Shown: positions 12,001 through 24,825 of the stretch, piece by piece
Layout: each line of letters begins with the position of its first letter
Position numbering within the stretch: the stretch's first letter is position 1
Program-made: the position numbers and the translations under genes
Notes under the pieces: generated by a model
What the model was told of the DNA's origin: nothing
The model's database searches: none
The model's input: the letters and a program-made list of their open reading frames with translations, nothing else
From: Nemertoderma westbladi
Taxonomy: Eukaryota > Animalia > Xenacoelomorpha
Reading direction: 5' to 3'
Assembly: GCA_032718475.1 (NCBI GenBank)
Contig: JAUCBJ010001151.1
Coordinates: 25,432-89,431 of the forward strand
DNA length: 64,000 bases

Positions 12001-15000
12001 AAATATCTCTACTAATGTTCTAGAACATTCACCAATATCAAAAAAGCACTAAAAAGTTGCTATCAGGAACCGGACAATTCGGTCCCGGACAATTCGGTCC
12101 TAGGACAATTCAGTCCTAGGACAATTCGGTCCCGGACAATTCGGTCCCGGACAATTCGGTCCCGGACAATTCGGTCCCATTTATTTAGTGTTTTGGGACC
12201 GAATTGTCCGGGACCGAATTGTCCGGGACCGAATTGTCCGGACCGAATTGTCCGGGACCGAATTGTCCGGGACCGAATTGTCCTACATCCATCCCCATCT
12301 GTTCTAGACTCCCCGTCCACTTGCTCCATTGCTTGCTTATCTCTTCCGGGACCTCCGTATCCCACTCGTCCTTTAACTTATATACTTTCTTAAGTATCTG
12401 CTTCCCCGTGACTAACAATGGGGATGCCAGGCCTAAGGGATCGTATATCCTTGCTATGTACGATACATAGCCCCTTTTTGTGTGGATCTCCGTGCCCTCC
12501 TGGCTCAGTTGGTACTTGAACTCGTCTGTCTCCCGGTTCCACACGATCCCCAGCGCCTTCTGCTGAGACTCTACTCTCTTGTCCGCCATATCCTGTCCAT
12601 TGGCTGTTGTGGGGTTGTCCATGGTCGATTCTGGCCGCCTGTCTTCTATGGCTTTCATAAACTCCTCTGAGCTGGACTGAAACTTGGTCAGGTTAAATCT
12701 GGATCCTTTCAGGATGTCGCGAACCTCGCGCCCTGTTTCTAGTAATTCTTTAACCATATTTCCAGATTCCATCCTGTCGTCTACATAGAAGCCGCGTCGA
12801 ATCATGTCCATCGCTCTGGCACTATACTTCCCCTCTTTCCCCTCTACTGTATCTCTTACAGCCACAGTCGTCGTGAATGAGGACGACTTGGCTCCCATGT
12901 TCTGCACCACCATTTTGTACATCGGTATTATCGACGGTTCCTCGTCGCCGTTGTACCATAGGAAGCGCTGGCTGTCGCTGTCCTCCTCCGTCACACGGAC
13001 TTGGTTGAACATGTCTTCGATGACGCAGGTGAAGGCGTGTCTCCCATTTCTAAATCTCAACAGGACCTCTATCCCCGAGTTGTAGATATTGGGGCCCTCC
13101 AGCAGATAGTCGTTTAGGCTCTTGCCATTGATTTTAGCTGATGCATCAACCACCATCCGCAGTTTACCCTTCTTTGGGTCTAAATGAAGTGAAATGAAGT
13201 GGCAGGTAGTAGGTCCTGTCCGTGTTCGGTTCGTCGACCGGCAACTCCACGGCCCATCCTTTCTCGACGTACTTCTTTATCGTCCTATGGATGTACTCAT
13301 CCTTCTCTGGGCTCTGTTTAAGCGTTTGCTTGAGTTTGCGAAGCCTCGTGAGTACCATCCTCTTGTTGTCAGGCAACGGTAACTTCAGCTGTTTCCACAC
13401 CATGCCTATGGTGTACCGTCCCTCGTCACATCTCATTGACTCCTTCACACTCTGTACTGCCTGTTTATCCTCTACCGAGGTTCCGACCCCAGTCTCCTTC
13501 AGTCCTTCAAAATCCTGCCTCAACAGTCTCTTCAGCTGTTCCTCCGCTCCTTCATCTTTCATCTCCCTCATAGTCCCTGCGAACATGCACCCCGATGTCT
13601 CCGACATCTTAAATGGAATTTTGGTTTTGATTGGGCCGTTTAGCATCCATCCGAATGGTGTTAGAATTGCCATCGGATCGCGCTGTCTGTCTTCCCCGAA
13701 GATCATCTGTACTCTTTCGTGAGCCATCGGGCAGTCCATTCCCACTATGATGGATACCTTCCTGACGTCCACCTCCAGTATCAAGAAATCGATGTTGTCC
13801 AGGAATCTGTATTGCTCGACCTCGATGTTGGTTGGTCGCCTGGCGTTTATGTTGATCGATTCTATCACCTGGATGGGGTCGATGGTCGCCCCATAGTCAC
13901 ATCCCGGTGCTATCGCTGATATCTGGCACCTTCCCGTCCTCATCTCCAGGACCTCATCTTTGCTGGAGATGGTAGTTACCACCATCCAACTTGGCCTCGT
14001 CTTTAACCCTATCTCCTCGGCCACGCAATTCTCCACCAATGTGAAGGCTGCTCCGCTGTCGACCAGCATCAAGGTAGTAACTGATCGACCGCCCTCTCCT
14101 ATTACCCTCACCGGTACCACCCCCAGTAGCACCGTTCCCCTTTTCTTCGCCCCTATGGTGCTTGTCGCCATTGTTTGACCTTTGCCTTGACCGAATCTTA
14201 CTGGTGTCTCCTTACACTCTTCAACCTTGTGTCCTCCTACCATACATCGGTGACAAATTCCATTCTTATCCGCATAGGCTTTCAGATCTTGTTCGGGTAA
14301 TGCCTGCCAATGCTTACAGTCCATGGTCTTATGGGTTCTGTCTTTATGCAATTGACATTTGTATTCTGGGTTGTAACGTTCCCTATATAGCCCTACACGT
14401 ATTGCGCGTAGGTTCACGTCTACCGGTTTAGTGTTTTGGTTATTTGGGTTTGGCCGACTGGGTGTGTTGGGATTATATTTGTTCGTGTTGTTATTTTTTC
14501 CCTGTTCGTGCCACAGTCTGGCCCACTCCCAGCTATCTGTGGACTTGCAGTCCCCTGTGTCGCCGCGTATGGTAGGGATTGTCTTAATTTTGGCAATGCA
14601 TTTGCCGCATTGTGCTCTGGTTTCGGCCTGTTGTATTCGGCCCTCGGCGCCTTCCCCAGACTATCCTCGCTGTAGACTGGGTCCGTGATTAACTCTGCTT
14701 CCTAGTTGAGGAAGTTCGACATTTCCTCTAGGCCCGGTTCCGCACCTTTCTTCTCCCGGGTGGAGAAGGCAATCTTCCTCCATTTGTTGCGTAGCCATAT
14801 TGGCAGTGCCTGCGCTATCATGGTGATGTTATTAGATGCGTTGAGTTCGTATGGCGTGTCTAGCGTCTTCAGCACGATTAACGCCTTCTCAACCTTATTC
14901 GCAAAGGTCTTTATACTAACAGGGTTATCCTGTAGGCCACCCGATGTTATTCCCCTCAGGGTCTGCCAAATGATCTTGGCTGGGTGTCCGTATTCCCTGT

Positions 15001-18000
15001 CTAGGGCCCGCCATGCAGTTGTGAAGCCACCCCCGATGTCCTGATACTGCCTTATGATGTCGTACGCTGGCCTCCTGTGTATACCTGTAGATATTTTAGG
15101 CACTCCGCCTGCGTCAGGTTCTTAGTTAATATCTCGTTGCTGTACATGCGCCGGAATTGCAGGTATTCTTCCGGCCTGCTTCCGTCGAATTTAAATGGCT
15201 CTACAGGTGGTAATTCGATCCTGGTCTTGAGGGCATCAATAAGTGTTGCCATTCCCATTGCCTGTGCTTCCAATGGGTTCGAGGGATGCTGTACAGATTC
15301 TCCTGTTGGGTGCGGTCCACCCATCGGGCCTGTTGACTTTCTTTGCGTCGAATATATCATTGGGGGTAACGGCCCCCTCCATATCTCCGTGTCGCAAGAT
15401 CTGTTCTCGTCCAGGGGGTTCGATGTCCTTATTCCCGGTTGAGTGTATTGTTGATAATGTAATGGGGGAATGTCACCCTGCCCCCCCCCCCCCCCCCACT
15501 GGTGGTATGTTTGGTACTGGGGTTGATGTTAATATATTGGGGCCCATACACCTATCTGCAATAACTCTCCCCTCCCCTGGATATATGTTATGTCCCTGCA
15601 TATTATAGTCGTACTGCTGTGCTGGTACCGGTATAGGCCTATCCACTTCTTGCCTACCTACCGGTATATACGCTGCGACTTCCGGATCGAATCCCGTCAT
15701 TCGCGCTACCATATCGTCTACACTATCTCTCCCAGCATGGCCTATAGTATGTGCAGTAAGGCCTACAGTATGTCCTGCAGTCTGCATGTGTCCTTCCGGA
15801 CCGAAGTTTAACCTTCTCAAATAATCCAAGAAGTCCTCCCTGCGACTACCGTACTCTCGATCGGCAGCTATATCCCATCGGGAAGTTTCTCTTCGATCCC
15901 CTCTCCTGTTTTCGTCCTCGTACCGGTACATCCTGTACCCCTCTCCCGGCTAGTGATATATCTCGCCAGGCTGTGTCTCTCCGGGGTGACGGTAATCTCC
16001 CAGAGTTCGACCCCACTGACTCTCCAACTCCATCTCTACTACCGACGGCTCGCTATCCGTCCTCGCTCTCCGGTCGCTCGTAGCAACTCGTAGGTCTTCT
16101 ATTCTCTTCTCTTCTTCTCTCTTCAGTGTAGCGTCCCCGCTCATGAGATCTCTCTTCGACCTCCTGGTTAAACTCCACTGTTCTTCTTCCGTCTTCCGAC
16201 TGGGCTCGACGTCTCGTCGCTCGCCCACTCACGACTCCAACCTCTCTCTCTCTAGCCGGTTGGACGCTGCTGTGGATATTCGTAATCCCCCTACTATTCT
16301 CCATCGCCGGGTGCTGCGGTTCACCTAACTCGCCCCGCGCATTGTCCGCCGACGCTCGTGGGACATTCTCTGCCCCCCCCCCCCTCTCGCCACTAATCTC
16401 CCGTGGTGGGGCAGCCTTGCAGGCTCTCGCTGGTCGGACCACCTATGCTTGCTGCATTCATATTAATAGCACCATTATCAACAACATTATTGCCTAAATT
16501 ATTTAAATTATCCTGTTCGGAATTTGGATTGTTATTTAAATTATTTTGTATATTTGAACTGGAATCGGGATTATTTTGCTCATTTGAATTAAAATTATTA
16601 TTTAGATTATTCTGCGTATTTAAATTTAAATTATTATTTGGATTATTTTCTATATTTAGGTTAGGATTATTTGGATTATTTTGTATATTTGGATTTAAAT
16701 TATTATTACCGGGTAAAATATTATTTCCTGCAATAAAAGTTTGCTTAGGGTTGTCTACTACGGTACTATTAATTTTAATGCCTTCTAACATATTATTATT
16801 ACCCCCCCCCCCCCCCCCCGCCCTACGGTTACACCAGTCCTGGGTCTGTCGTCCGGTGCCTGTAAGTGGGGTATTAACAAACGTTTCCATTACTTCTGGC
16901 TCCTCGTAAATACTACCTGAGCCAGCCTCGCTCTCAGTTCTAATCGGCGCTTTTGTTTGGCCTGATATTGCATAAGCCCCCTTAACCGGGCATGCATATC
17001 ATCCCGCATATGCTTTCCTGCCCTTTCTCTCTCTCTGTCCTCTCGCAATCTCTGGTTTGCTAACTCTGTTTCTCTCACCACACGCTCTCTACGCTCGCTC
17101 TCTACTCTCGCCTCTCGCTCTTTACGTTCCTCTGCCTCTCTCTCCTCTTGCTCTCTACAGTTCTTCGCCACCCTCTCGGCCCTCTCTCTACATTCCCTCG
17201 CCAGCTCTCTCTCTTTCTCTAACAACGCAGTTCCCTCATCCAACTGCCTCTCTAATTCTTTCTGGTCTAGCTCCACCATGTCTAGTTGACACGCCAGATC
17301 TATCTCTAACACCCTTCTTGCTTTCGCGGAGGATCTAGCGGACTTATCGGTCGCGACGGACTCCCATCGCCTCTCTGTCCTACTAACTTTCCCCCACCTT
17401 CTGGGGTTCTCGCTAACCGACGAGACCGAATCCTCGGGGTTAACCTCGGGTTCGCCCTCGTGCGGATCCGCCCAACCCACTAACTTAATTCCCCTGGCAT
17501 CCACTAAGTACGGCCCTACGTTCACTACTTCAGGCTCCATAACCCCGGATCGCCACAGTTCGAATAGTTCGGTGGCAACCCCCCTCGCCCTCTCACTCGC
17601 CAGTTCTCCCTGCCCAAAACGGACCAGATACCGAAAGTGTTTGTTCGACTCACCTAGCCGTTGGTGTAACTTGGCCTGGATTACCTTTCCTCCCTCGCTG
17701 GCCTCCTTTAACAGTTTCTTCGTGGCGTTGTAGGCCCGTCGCAGTTGATCGCTTGTCCCGACGTCCTCTTCGCCGACATCTCCTCCTCCTCTCCTGGTTC
17801 GGCGTCGTACCGGCGGCCCCACTGTCGCCGTTCCGGTGGGCCATCCGTCGCCCTCGGCCTGTGGCTGGCCGGCGACTTCGGTACTCCGACCGCCGTCATG
17901 CGTCGACTCGTCCCTTCCTTGTGGTAGACGGCCGCCCTCCGCTTGGGCTACCAGATTATCCCTCGTCGGCGAATCCGGCCGATACCGTTGCGTCGAGGCC

Positions 18001-18083
18001 TCACGGATCGTTTGGTTGGTATCGTCCGGGGTCCACGGCGGCGTTCTCTCTCCCTCTGATAATCGGGGTTCTCCTGTGCTCAT
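9015..18083 (-). pseudogene. Disrupted BEL/Pao gag-pol
   Basis: Gag ELPPVEPFKFDG, zinc knuckles CQLHKDRTHKTMDC and CHRCMVGGHKVEEC, protease LVDSGA, RT YVDD, YDPLGL, NPAD, GIDMFGP, SDNGTNF. Many frameshifts and stops; after DEDGRV* the frame continues LVEVRI...CCLLEGAP to a stop at 9015. Confidence 0.93.
11176..12290. mobile_element. Non-autonomous foldback/MULE-like DNA element, 1115 bp, 9-bp TSD
   Basis: TSD ATCCCCATC at 11167-11175 and 12291-12299. Termini GAAAGCAGGAC and (revcomp) GGATGTAGGAC; ends built of 15-bp GGACAATTCGGTCCC units. Removing it restores LEQMGMYS in the host pol. Confidence 0.9.
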
Positions 18084-18236
18084 CTTTCCTTTGCTTTCTT
18101 CGGCGTTTGGCAGTCACAGTTCAGTTTGCAGTTGGCTATTCTTCACTGTGACGGGATCGGAGATCCCGACCGGGTAAATATACTACGCGTCACCGTTCTG
18201 CCTTAGGGGTGGTGCTAGCAGGTTGGCCGAGGCCGA

Positions 18237-18702
18237 TGTAGGAAAAAACAATGGGAGTTCGATGTTGTCTCTTGATATTGTAAATGCCGAAATGATAGCA
18301 CAATAATAAGCAGAAGTACAGATTATATGATTGATACCAGTATGCTGTACTGATGTCGATGACGGTGAAGAGTGTTACCGGTCTGCACTAAAACTAAGTA
18401 ACTGGGTAAACTGAATAATCAAACCGGTAACGGGATAATATATGTATGATTACTTCACCCCTACATTACTTTGGCCTCTTACCTAGTGGATGCTCTCCTT
18501 CGCTCCCATTGGCTAACAACCTACTTCACACCCTTCCACTCTCTGGGAGTGTTTCCCCTCTGTTGCTAGCCCCTGCTAGCTGTGTCCCCTCCGAGGTGGT
18601 TTGACCTCTAACCTCCCTTTGTGTGTGGCTTCGGGGTTCGTATTGTCCCCCGATGTTGGTTGTGATACGAGATTAATTATTGCTAATCTCGTATATCCAA
18701 CA
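18237..18702 (-). repeat. Candidate 5' LTR of BEL element 2
   Basis: On - it starts TGTTGGA and ends TCCTACA (6/7 inverted match), with CCAAT near 18510 upstream of a TATA-like tract near 18440, about 150 bp before gag. No canonical TGG PBS and no second copy. Confidence 0.45.
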
Positions 18703-19324
18703 TATTGCTGAAAATCCAACTATCCCATTTTATGATGGTAATGAGGCGGAATTGAATCCGCTTACAGTACTTATAGAGGAGGTAGGAAAGCTAGGGAATT
18801 TTAATTTTAAGGTTTAAGAATTTTAAGGTAGGAAATTTTAAACATTTCACTCTAAATTGTACAGTTTTTGCAGCTTTACTGTGAATGATAATGTATAATT
18901 GGGACAGAGGGAATTCAAAATGTTAGACAATTATTGGGAGGCAATGAAATAATAATAGCCCAGTTTCTAAATAGACCATTATTTTACATCAAACTAACCA
19001 AGTTCCCCAAAAATTTTCGACCAAGTTGGTGGTAAAGTTGCTGGTAGACAGCAAACAAAATAAGTTGCTCAACAAAAAGTTGCTAGTTTCCAACAAAGTT
19101 GCTCAAAATGTTGCCACGTGTAAACCGGCTTTTAGGTTGTTCGTAATATTGTGTAACTAAATTAGAAGTACAGTACCAATTAAAACTTACTGTAATGTTA
19201 CTTTGATTAATTGTTTTTTATAATTTTATGTTTCATAATAATAATAAGCCTATCTAGACTTACACGGCAAAAACTACTGAACTAAAATATGACTTCCCCG
19301 GGATCGATATGAAACGTATTGGCA

Positions 19325-22300
19325 ACCTGGAAGTCGACTACACTAAAAACTCAGACCTGTAGGCGCCGAACCTGGAGTACCTGGAAGTCGACTACACCAA
19401 AAACCCAGACCTGTAGGCGCCGAACCTGGAGTACCTGGAAGTCGACTACACCAAAAACCCAGACCTGTAGGCGCCGAACCTGGAGTACCTGGAAGTCGAC
19501 TACACCAAAAACCCAGACCTGTAGGCGCCGAACCTGGAGTACCTGGAAGTCGACTACACCAAAAACCCAGACCTGTAGGCGCCGAACCTGGAGTACCTGG
19601 AAGTCGACTACACTAAAAACCCAGACCTGTAGGCGCCGAACCTGGAGTACCTGGAAGTCGACTACACTAAAAACCCAGACCTGTAGGCGCCGAACCTGGA
19701 GTACCTGGAAGTCGACTACACCAAAAACCCAGACCTGTAGGCGCCGAACCTGGAGTACCTGGAAGTCGACTACACCAAAAACCCAGACCTGTAGGCGCCG
19801 AACCTGGAGTACCTGGAAGTCGACTACACCAAAAACCCAGACCTGTAGGCGCCGAACCTGGAGTACCTGGAAGTCGACTACACCAAAAACCCAGACCTGT
19901 AGGCGCCGAACCTGGAGTACCTGGAAGTCGACTACACTAAAAACCCAGACCTGTAGGCGCCGAACCTGGAGTACCTGGAAGTCGACTACACCAAAAACCC
20001 AGACCTGTAGGCGCCGAACCTGGAGTACCTGGAAGTCGACTACACCAAAAACCCAGACCTGTAGGCGCCGAACCTGGAGTACCTGGAAGTCGACTACACC
20101 AAAAACCCAGACCTGTAGGCGCCGAACCTGGAGTACCTGGAAGTCGACTACACCAAAAACCCAGACCTGTAGGCGCCGAACCTGGAGTACCTGGAAGTCG
20201 ACTACACTAAAAACCCAGACCTGTAGGCGCCGAACCTGGAGTACCTGGAAGTCGACTACACCAAAAACCCAGACCTGTAGGCGCCGAACCTGGAGTACCT
20301 GGAAGTCGACTACACCAAAAACCCAGACCTGTAGGCGCCGAACCTGGAGTACCTGGAAGTCGACTACACCAAAAACCCAGACCTGTAGGCGCCGAACCTG
20401 GAGTACCTGGAAGTCGACTACACCAAAAACCCAGACCTGTAGGCGCCGAACCTGGAGTACCTGGAAGTCGACTACACCAAAAACCCAGACCTGTAGGCGC
20501 CGAACCTGGAGTACCTGGAAGTCGACTACACCAAAAACCCAGACCTGTAGGCGCCGAACCTGGAGTACCTGGAAGTCGACTACACCAAAAACCCAGACCT
20601 GTAGGCGCCGAACCTGGAGTACCTGGAAGTCGACTACACCAAAAACCCAGACCTGTAGGCGCCGAACCTGGAGTACCTGGAAGTCGACTACACCAAAAAC
20701 CCAGACCTGTAGGCGCCGAACCTGGAGTACCTGGAAGTCGACTACACCAAAAACCCAGACCTGTAGGCGCCGAACCTGGAGTACCTGGAAGTCGACTACA
20801 CCAAAAACCCAGACCTGTAGGCGCCGAACCTGGAGTACCTGGAAGTCGACTACACCAAAAACCCAGACCTGTAGGCGCCGAACCTGGAGTACCTGGAAGT
20901 CGACTACACTAAAAACCCAGACCTGTAGGCGCCGAACCTGGAGTACCTGGAAGTCGACTACACCAAAAACCCAGACCTGTAGGCGCCGAACCTGGAGTAC
21001 CTGGAAGTCGACTACACCAAAAACCCAGACCTGTAGGCGCCGAACCTGGAGTACCTGGAAGTCGACTACACCAAAAACCCAGACCTGTAGGCGCCGAACC
21101 TGGAGTACCTGGAAGTCGACTACACCAAAAACCCAGACCTGTAGGCGCCGAACCTGGAGTACCTGGAAGTCGACTACACCAAAAACCCAGACCTGTAGGC
21201 GCCGAACCTGGAGTACCTGGAAGTCGACTACACCAAAAACCCAGACCTGTAGGCGCCGAACCTGGAGTACCTGGAAGTCGACTACACCAAAAACCCAGAC
21301 CTGTAGGCGCCGAACCTGGAGTACCTGGAAGTCGACTACACCAAAAACCCAGACCTGTAGGCGCCGAACCTGGAGTACCTGGAAGTCGACTACACCAAAA
21401 ACCCAGACCTGTAGGCGCCGAACCTGGAGTACCTGGAAGTCGACTACACCAAAAACCCAGACCTGTAGGCGCCGAACCTGGAGTACCTGGAAGTCGACTA
21501 CACCAAAAACCCAGACCTGTAGGCGCCGAACCTGGAGTACCTGGAAGTCGACTACACCAAAAACCCAGACCTGTAGGCGCCGAACCTGGAGTACCTGGAA
21601 GTCGACTACACCAAAAACCCAGACCTGTAGGCGCCGAACCTGGAGTACCTGGAAGTCGACTACACCAAAAACCCAGACCTGTAGGCGCCGAACCTGGAGT
21701 ACCTGGAAGTCGACTACACCAAAAACCCAGACCTGTAGGCGCCGAACCTGGAGTACCTGGAAGTCGACTACACCAAAAACCCAGACCTGTAGGCGCCGAA
21801 CCTGGAGTACCTGGAAGTCGACTACACCAAAAACCCAGACCTGTAGGCGCCGAACCTGGAGTACCTGGAAGTCGACTACACCAAAAACCCAGACCTGTAG
21901 GCGCCGAACCTGGAGTACCTGGAAGTCGACTACACCAAAAACCCAGACCTGTAGGCGCCGAACCTGGAGTACCTGGAAGTCGACTACACCAAAAACCCAG
22001 ACCTGTAGGCGCCGAACCTGGAGTACCTGGAAGTCGACTACACCAAAAACCCAGACCTGTAGGCGCCGAACCTGGAGTACCTGGAAGTCGACTACACCAA
22101 AAACCCAGACCTGTAGGCGCCGAACCTGGAGTACCTGGAAGTCGACTACACCAAAAACCCAGACCTGTAGGCGCCGAACCTGGAGTACCTGGAAGTCGAC
22201 TACACCAAAAACCCAGACCTGTAGGCGCCGAACCTGGAGTACCTGGAAGTCGACTACACCAAAAACCCAGACCTGTAGGCGCCGAACCTGGAGTACCTGG

Positions 22301-24416
22301 AAGTCGACTACACCAAAAACCCAGACCTGTAGGCGCCGAACCTGGAGTACCTGGAAGTCGACTACACCAAAAACCCAGACCTGTAGGCGCCGAACCTGGA
22401 GTACCTGGAAGTCGACTACACCAAAAACCCAGACCTGTAGGCGCCGAACCTGGAGTACCTGGAAGTCGACTACACCAAAAACCCAGACCTGTAGGCGCCG
22501 AACCTGGAGTACCTGGAAGTCGACTACACCAAAAACCCAGACCTGTAGGCGCCGAACCTGGAGTACCTGGAAGTCGACTACACCAAAAACCCAGACCTGT
22601 AGGCGCCGAACCTGGAGTACCTGGAAGTCGACTACACCAAAAACCCAGACCTGTAGGCGCCGAACCTGGAGTACCTGGAAGTCGACTACACCAAAAACCC
22701 AGACCTGTAGGCGCCGAACCTGGAGTACCTGGAAGTCGACTACACCAAAAACCCAGACCTGTAGGCGCCGAACCTGGAGTACCTGGAAGTCGACTACACC
22801 AAAAACCCAGACCTGTAGGCGCCGAACCTGGAGTACCTGGAAGTCGACTACACCAAAAACCCAGACCTGTAGGCGCCGAACCTGGAGTACCTGGAAGTCG
22901 ACTACACCAAAAACCCAGACCTGTAGGCGCCGAACCTGGAGTACCTGGAAGTCGACTACACCAAAAACCCAGACCTGTAGGCGCCGAACCTGGAGTACCT
23001 GGAAGTCGACTACACCAAATACCCCGACCTGTAGGCGCCGAACCTGGAGTACCTGGAAGTCGACTACACCAAAAACCCAGACCTGTAGGCGCCGAACCTG
23101 GAGTACCTGGAAGTCGACTACACCAAAAACCCAGACCTGTAGGCGCCGAACCTGGAGTACCTGGAAGTCGACTACACCAAAAACCCAGACCTGTAGGCGC
23201 CGAACCTGGAGTACCTGGAAGTCGACTACACCAAAAACCCAGACCTGTAGGCGCCGATCCTGGAGTACCTGGAAGTCGACTACACCAAAAACCCAGACCT
23301 GTAGGCGCCGAACCTGGAGTACCTGGAAGTCGACTACACCAAAAACCCAGACCTGTAGGCGCCGAACCTGGAGTACCTGGAAGTCGACTACACCAAAAAC
23401 ACAGACCCGTAGGCGCCGAACCTGGAGTACCTGGAAGTCGACTACACCAAAAACCCAGACCTGTAGGCGCCGAACCTGGAGTACCTGGAAGTCGACTACA
23501 CCAAAAACCCAGACCTGTAGGCGCCGAACCTAGAGTACCTGGAAGTCGACTACACCAAAAATTCAGACCTGTAGGCGCCGAACCTGGAGTACCTGGAAGT
23601 CGACTACACCAAAAACCCAGACCTGTAGGCGCCGAACCTGGAGTACCTGGAAGTCGACTACAGTACACCAAAAACTCAGACCTGTAGGCGCCGAACCTGG
23701 AGTACCTGGAAGTCGACTACACCAAAAACCCCGACCTGTAGGCGCCGAACCTGGAGTACCTGGAAGTCGACTACACTAAAAACCCAGACCTGTAGGCGCC
23801 GAACCTGGAGTACCTGGAAGTCGACTACACCAAAAACCCAGACCTGTAGGCGCCGAACCTGGAGTACCTGGAAGTCGACTACACCAAAAACCCAGACCTG
23901 TAGGCGCCGTACCTGGAGTACCTGGAAGTCGATTACACCAAAAACCCAGACCTGTAGGCGCCGAACCTGGAGTACCTGGAAGTCGACTACACCAAAAACC
24001 CAGACCTGTAGGCGCCGAACCTGGAGTACCTGGAAGTCGACTACACCAAATACCCGACCTGTAGGCGCCGAACCTGGAGTACCTGGAAGTCGACTACACC
24101 AAAAACCCAGACCTGTAGGCGCCGAACCTGGAGTACCTGGAAGTCGACTACACCAAAAACCCAGACCTGTAGGCGCCGAACCTGGAGTACCTGGAAGTCG
24201 ACTAAACCAAAAACCCAGACCTGTAGGCGCCGAACCTGGAGTACCTGGAAGTCGACTACACCAAAAACCCAGACCTGTAGGCGCCGAACCTGGAGTACCT
24301 GGAAGTCGACTACACCAAAAACCCAGACCTGTAGGCGCCGAACCTGGAGTACCTGGAAGTCGACTACACTAAAAACCCAGACCTGTAGGCGCCGAACCTG
24401 GAGTACCTGGAAGTCG
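19325..24416. repeat. 54-bp tandem satellite, about 94 copies
   Basis: Unit ACCTGGAAGTCGACTACACCAAAAACCCAGACCTGTAGGCGCCGAACCTGGAGT, nearly invariant in the centre. Confidence 0.99.
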
Positions 24417-24577
24417 TAATAACGTGCCTCTGTAACCAGCTCCTTTCCCTTTGCTAATTTAACATTGAGGCGGGTCTTTTATATCAAAGAACAATAATCA
24501 GTTTATATTAATTGTTCTTTTGACATCCCTGACTCCTGCACTGCACTCAACTCATAGATTCTGCATTGCTGCACATC

Positions 24578-24825
24578 AGGGGCGGTATTCATAAATGTGA
24601 CTAACTAGGAACTTAGTCCTAGTCACAGCAAGTTAGTAAGTGCTTGTACTAATTCGGTATTCAGAGAAGTTGGTGCTACTTATTACTACCGTATTTAGTA
24701 CTAGTTGTTGCTAAACTCGTATTCATAGAATTTAGTCTTACTTAAGTTAGTATTAGCTGTAACTTAAATTTCTAGTCACATGAAGATGTGACTAAGTTGG
24801 TAAGACCGCTTACTTATTGCATATT
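24578..24825. mobile_element. Possible single end of a PIF/Harbinger-type non-autonomous element
   Basis: GGGGCGGTATTCATAAA followed by recurring GTATTCA and GTGACTA/TAGTCAC motifs; no partner TIR found. Confidence 0.3.

Larger units (their letters stand above)
8340..18702 (-). mobile_element. BEL/Pao element 2, decayed and interrupted by a DNA element
   Basis: Fragmented gag-pol in canonical order on -, a candidate 5' LTR at 18237-18702, and no matching 3' LTR in the window. Left boundary approximate. Confidence 0.85.

Noticed and set aside
11025-12470. GQFGP / GTELS / PDNSV pentapeptide ORFs
   Set aside because: Frames of the 15-bp repeat of the inserted DNA element.
19319-23671. 1404-aa (+) and 920-aa (-) repetitive ORFs
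   Set aside because: By-products of a 54-bp unit (a multiple of 3) with stop-free frames; non-ATG starts, and the array continues past the stops and indels.
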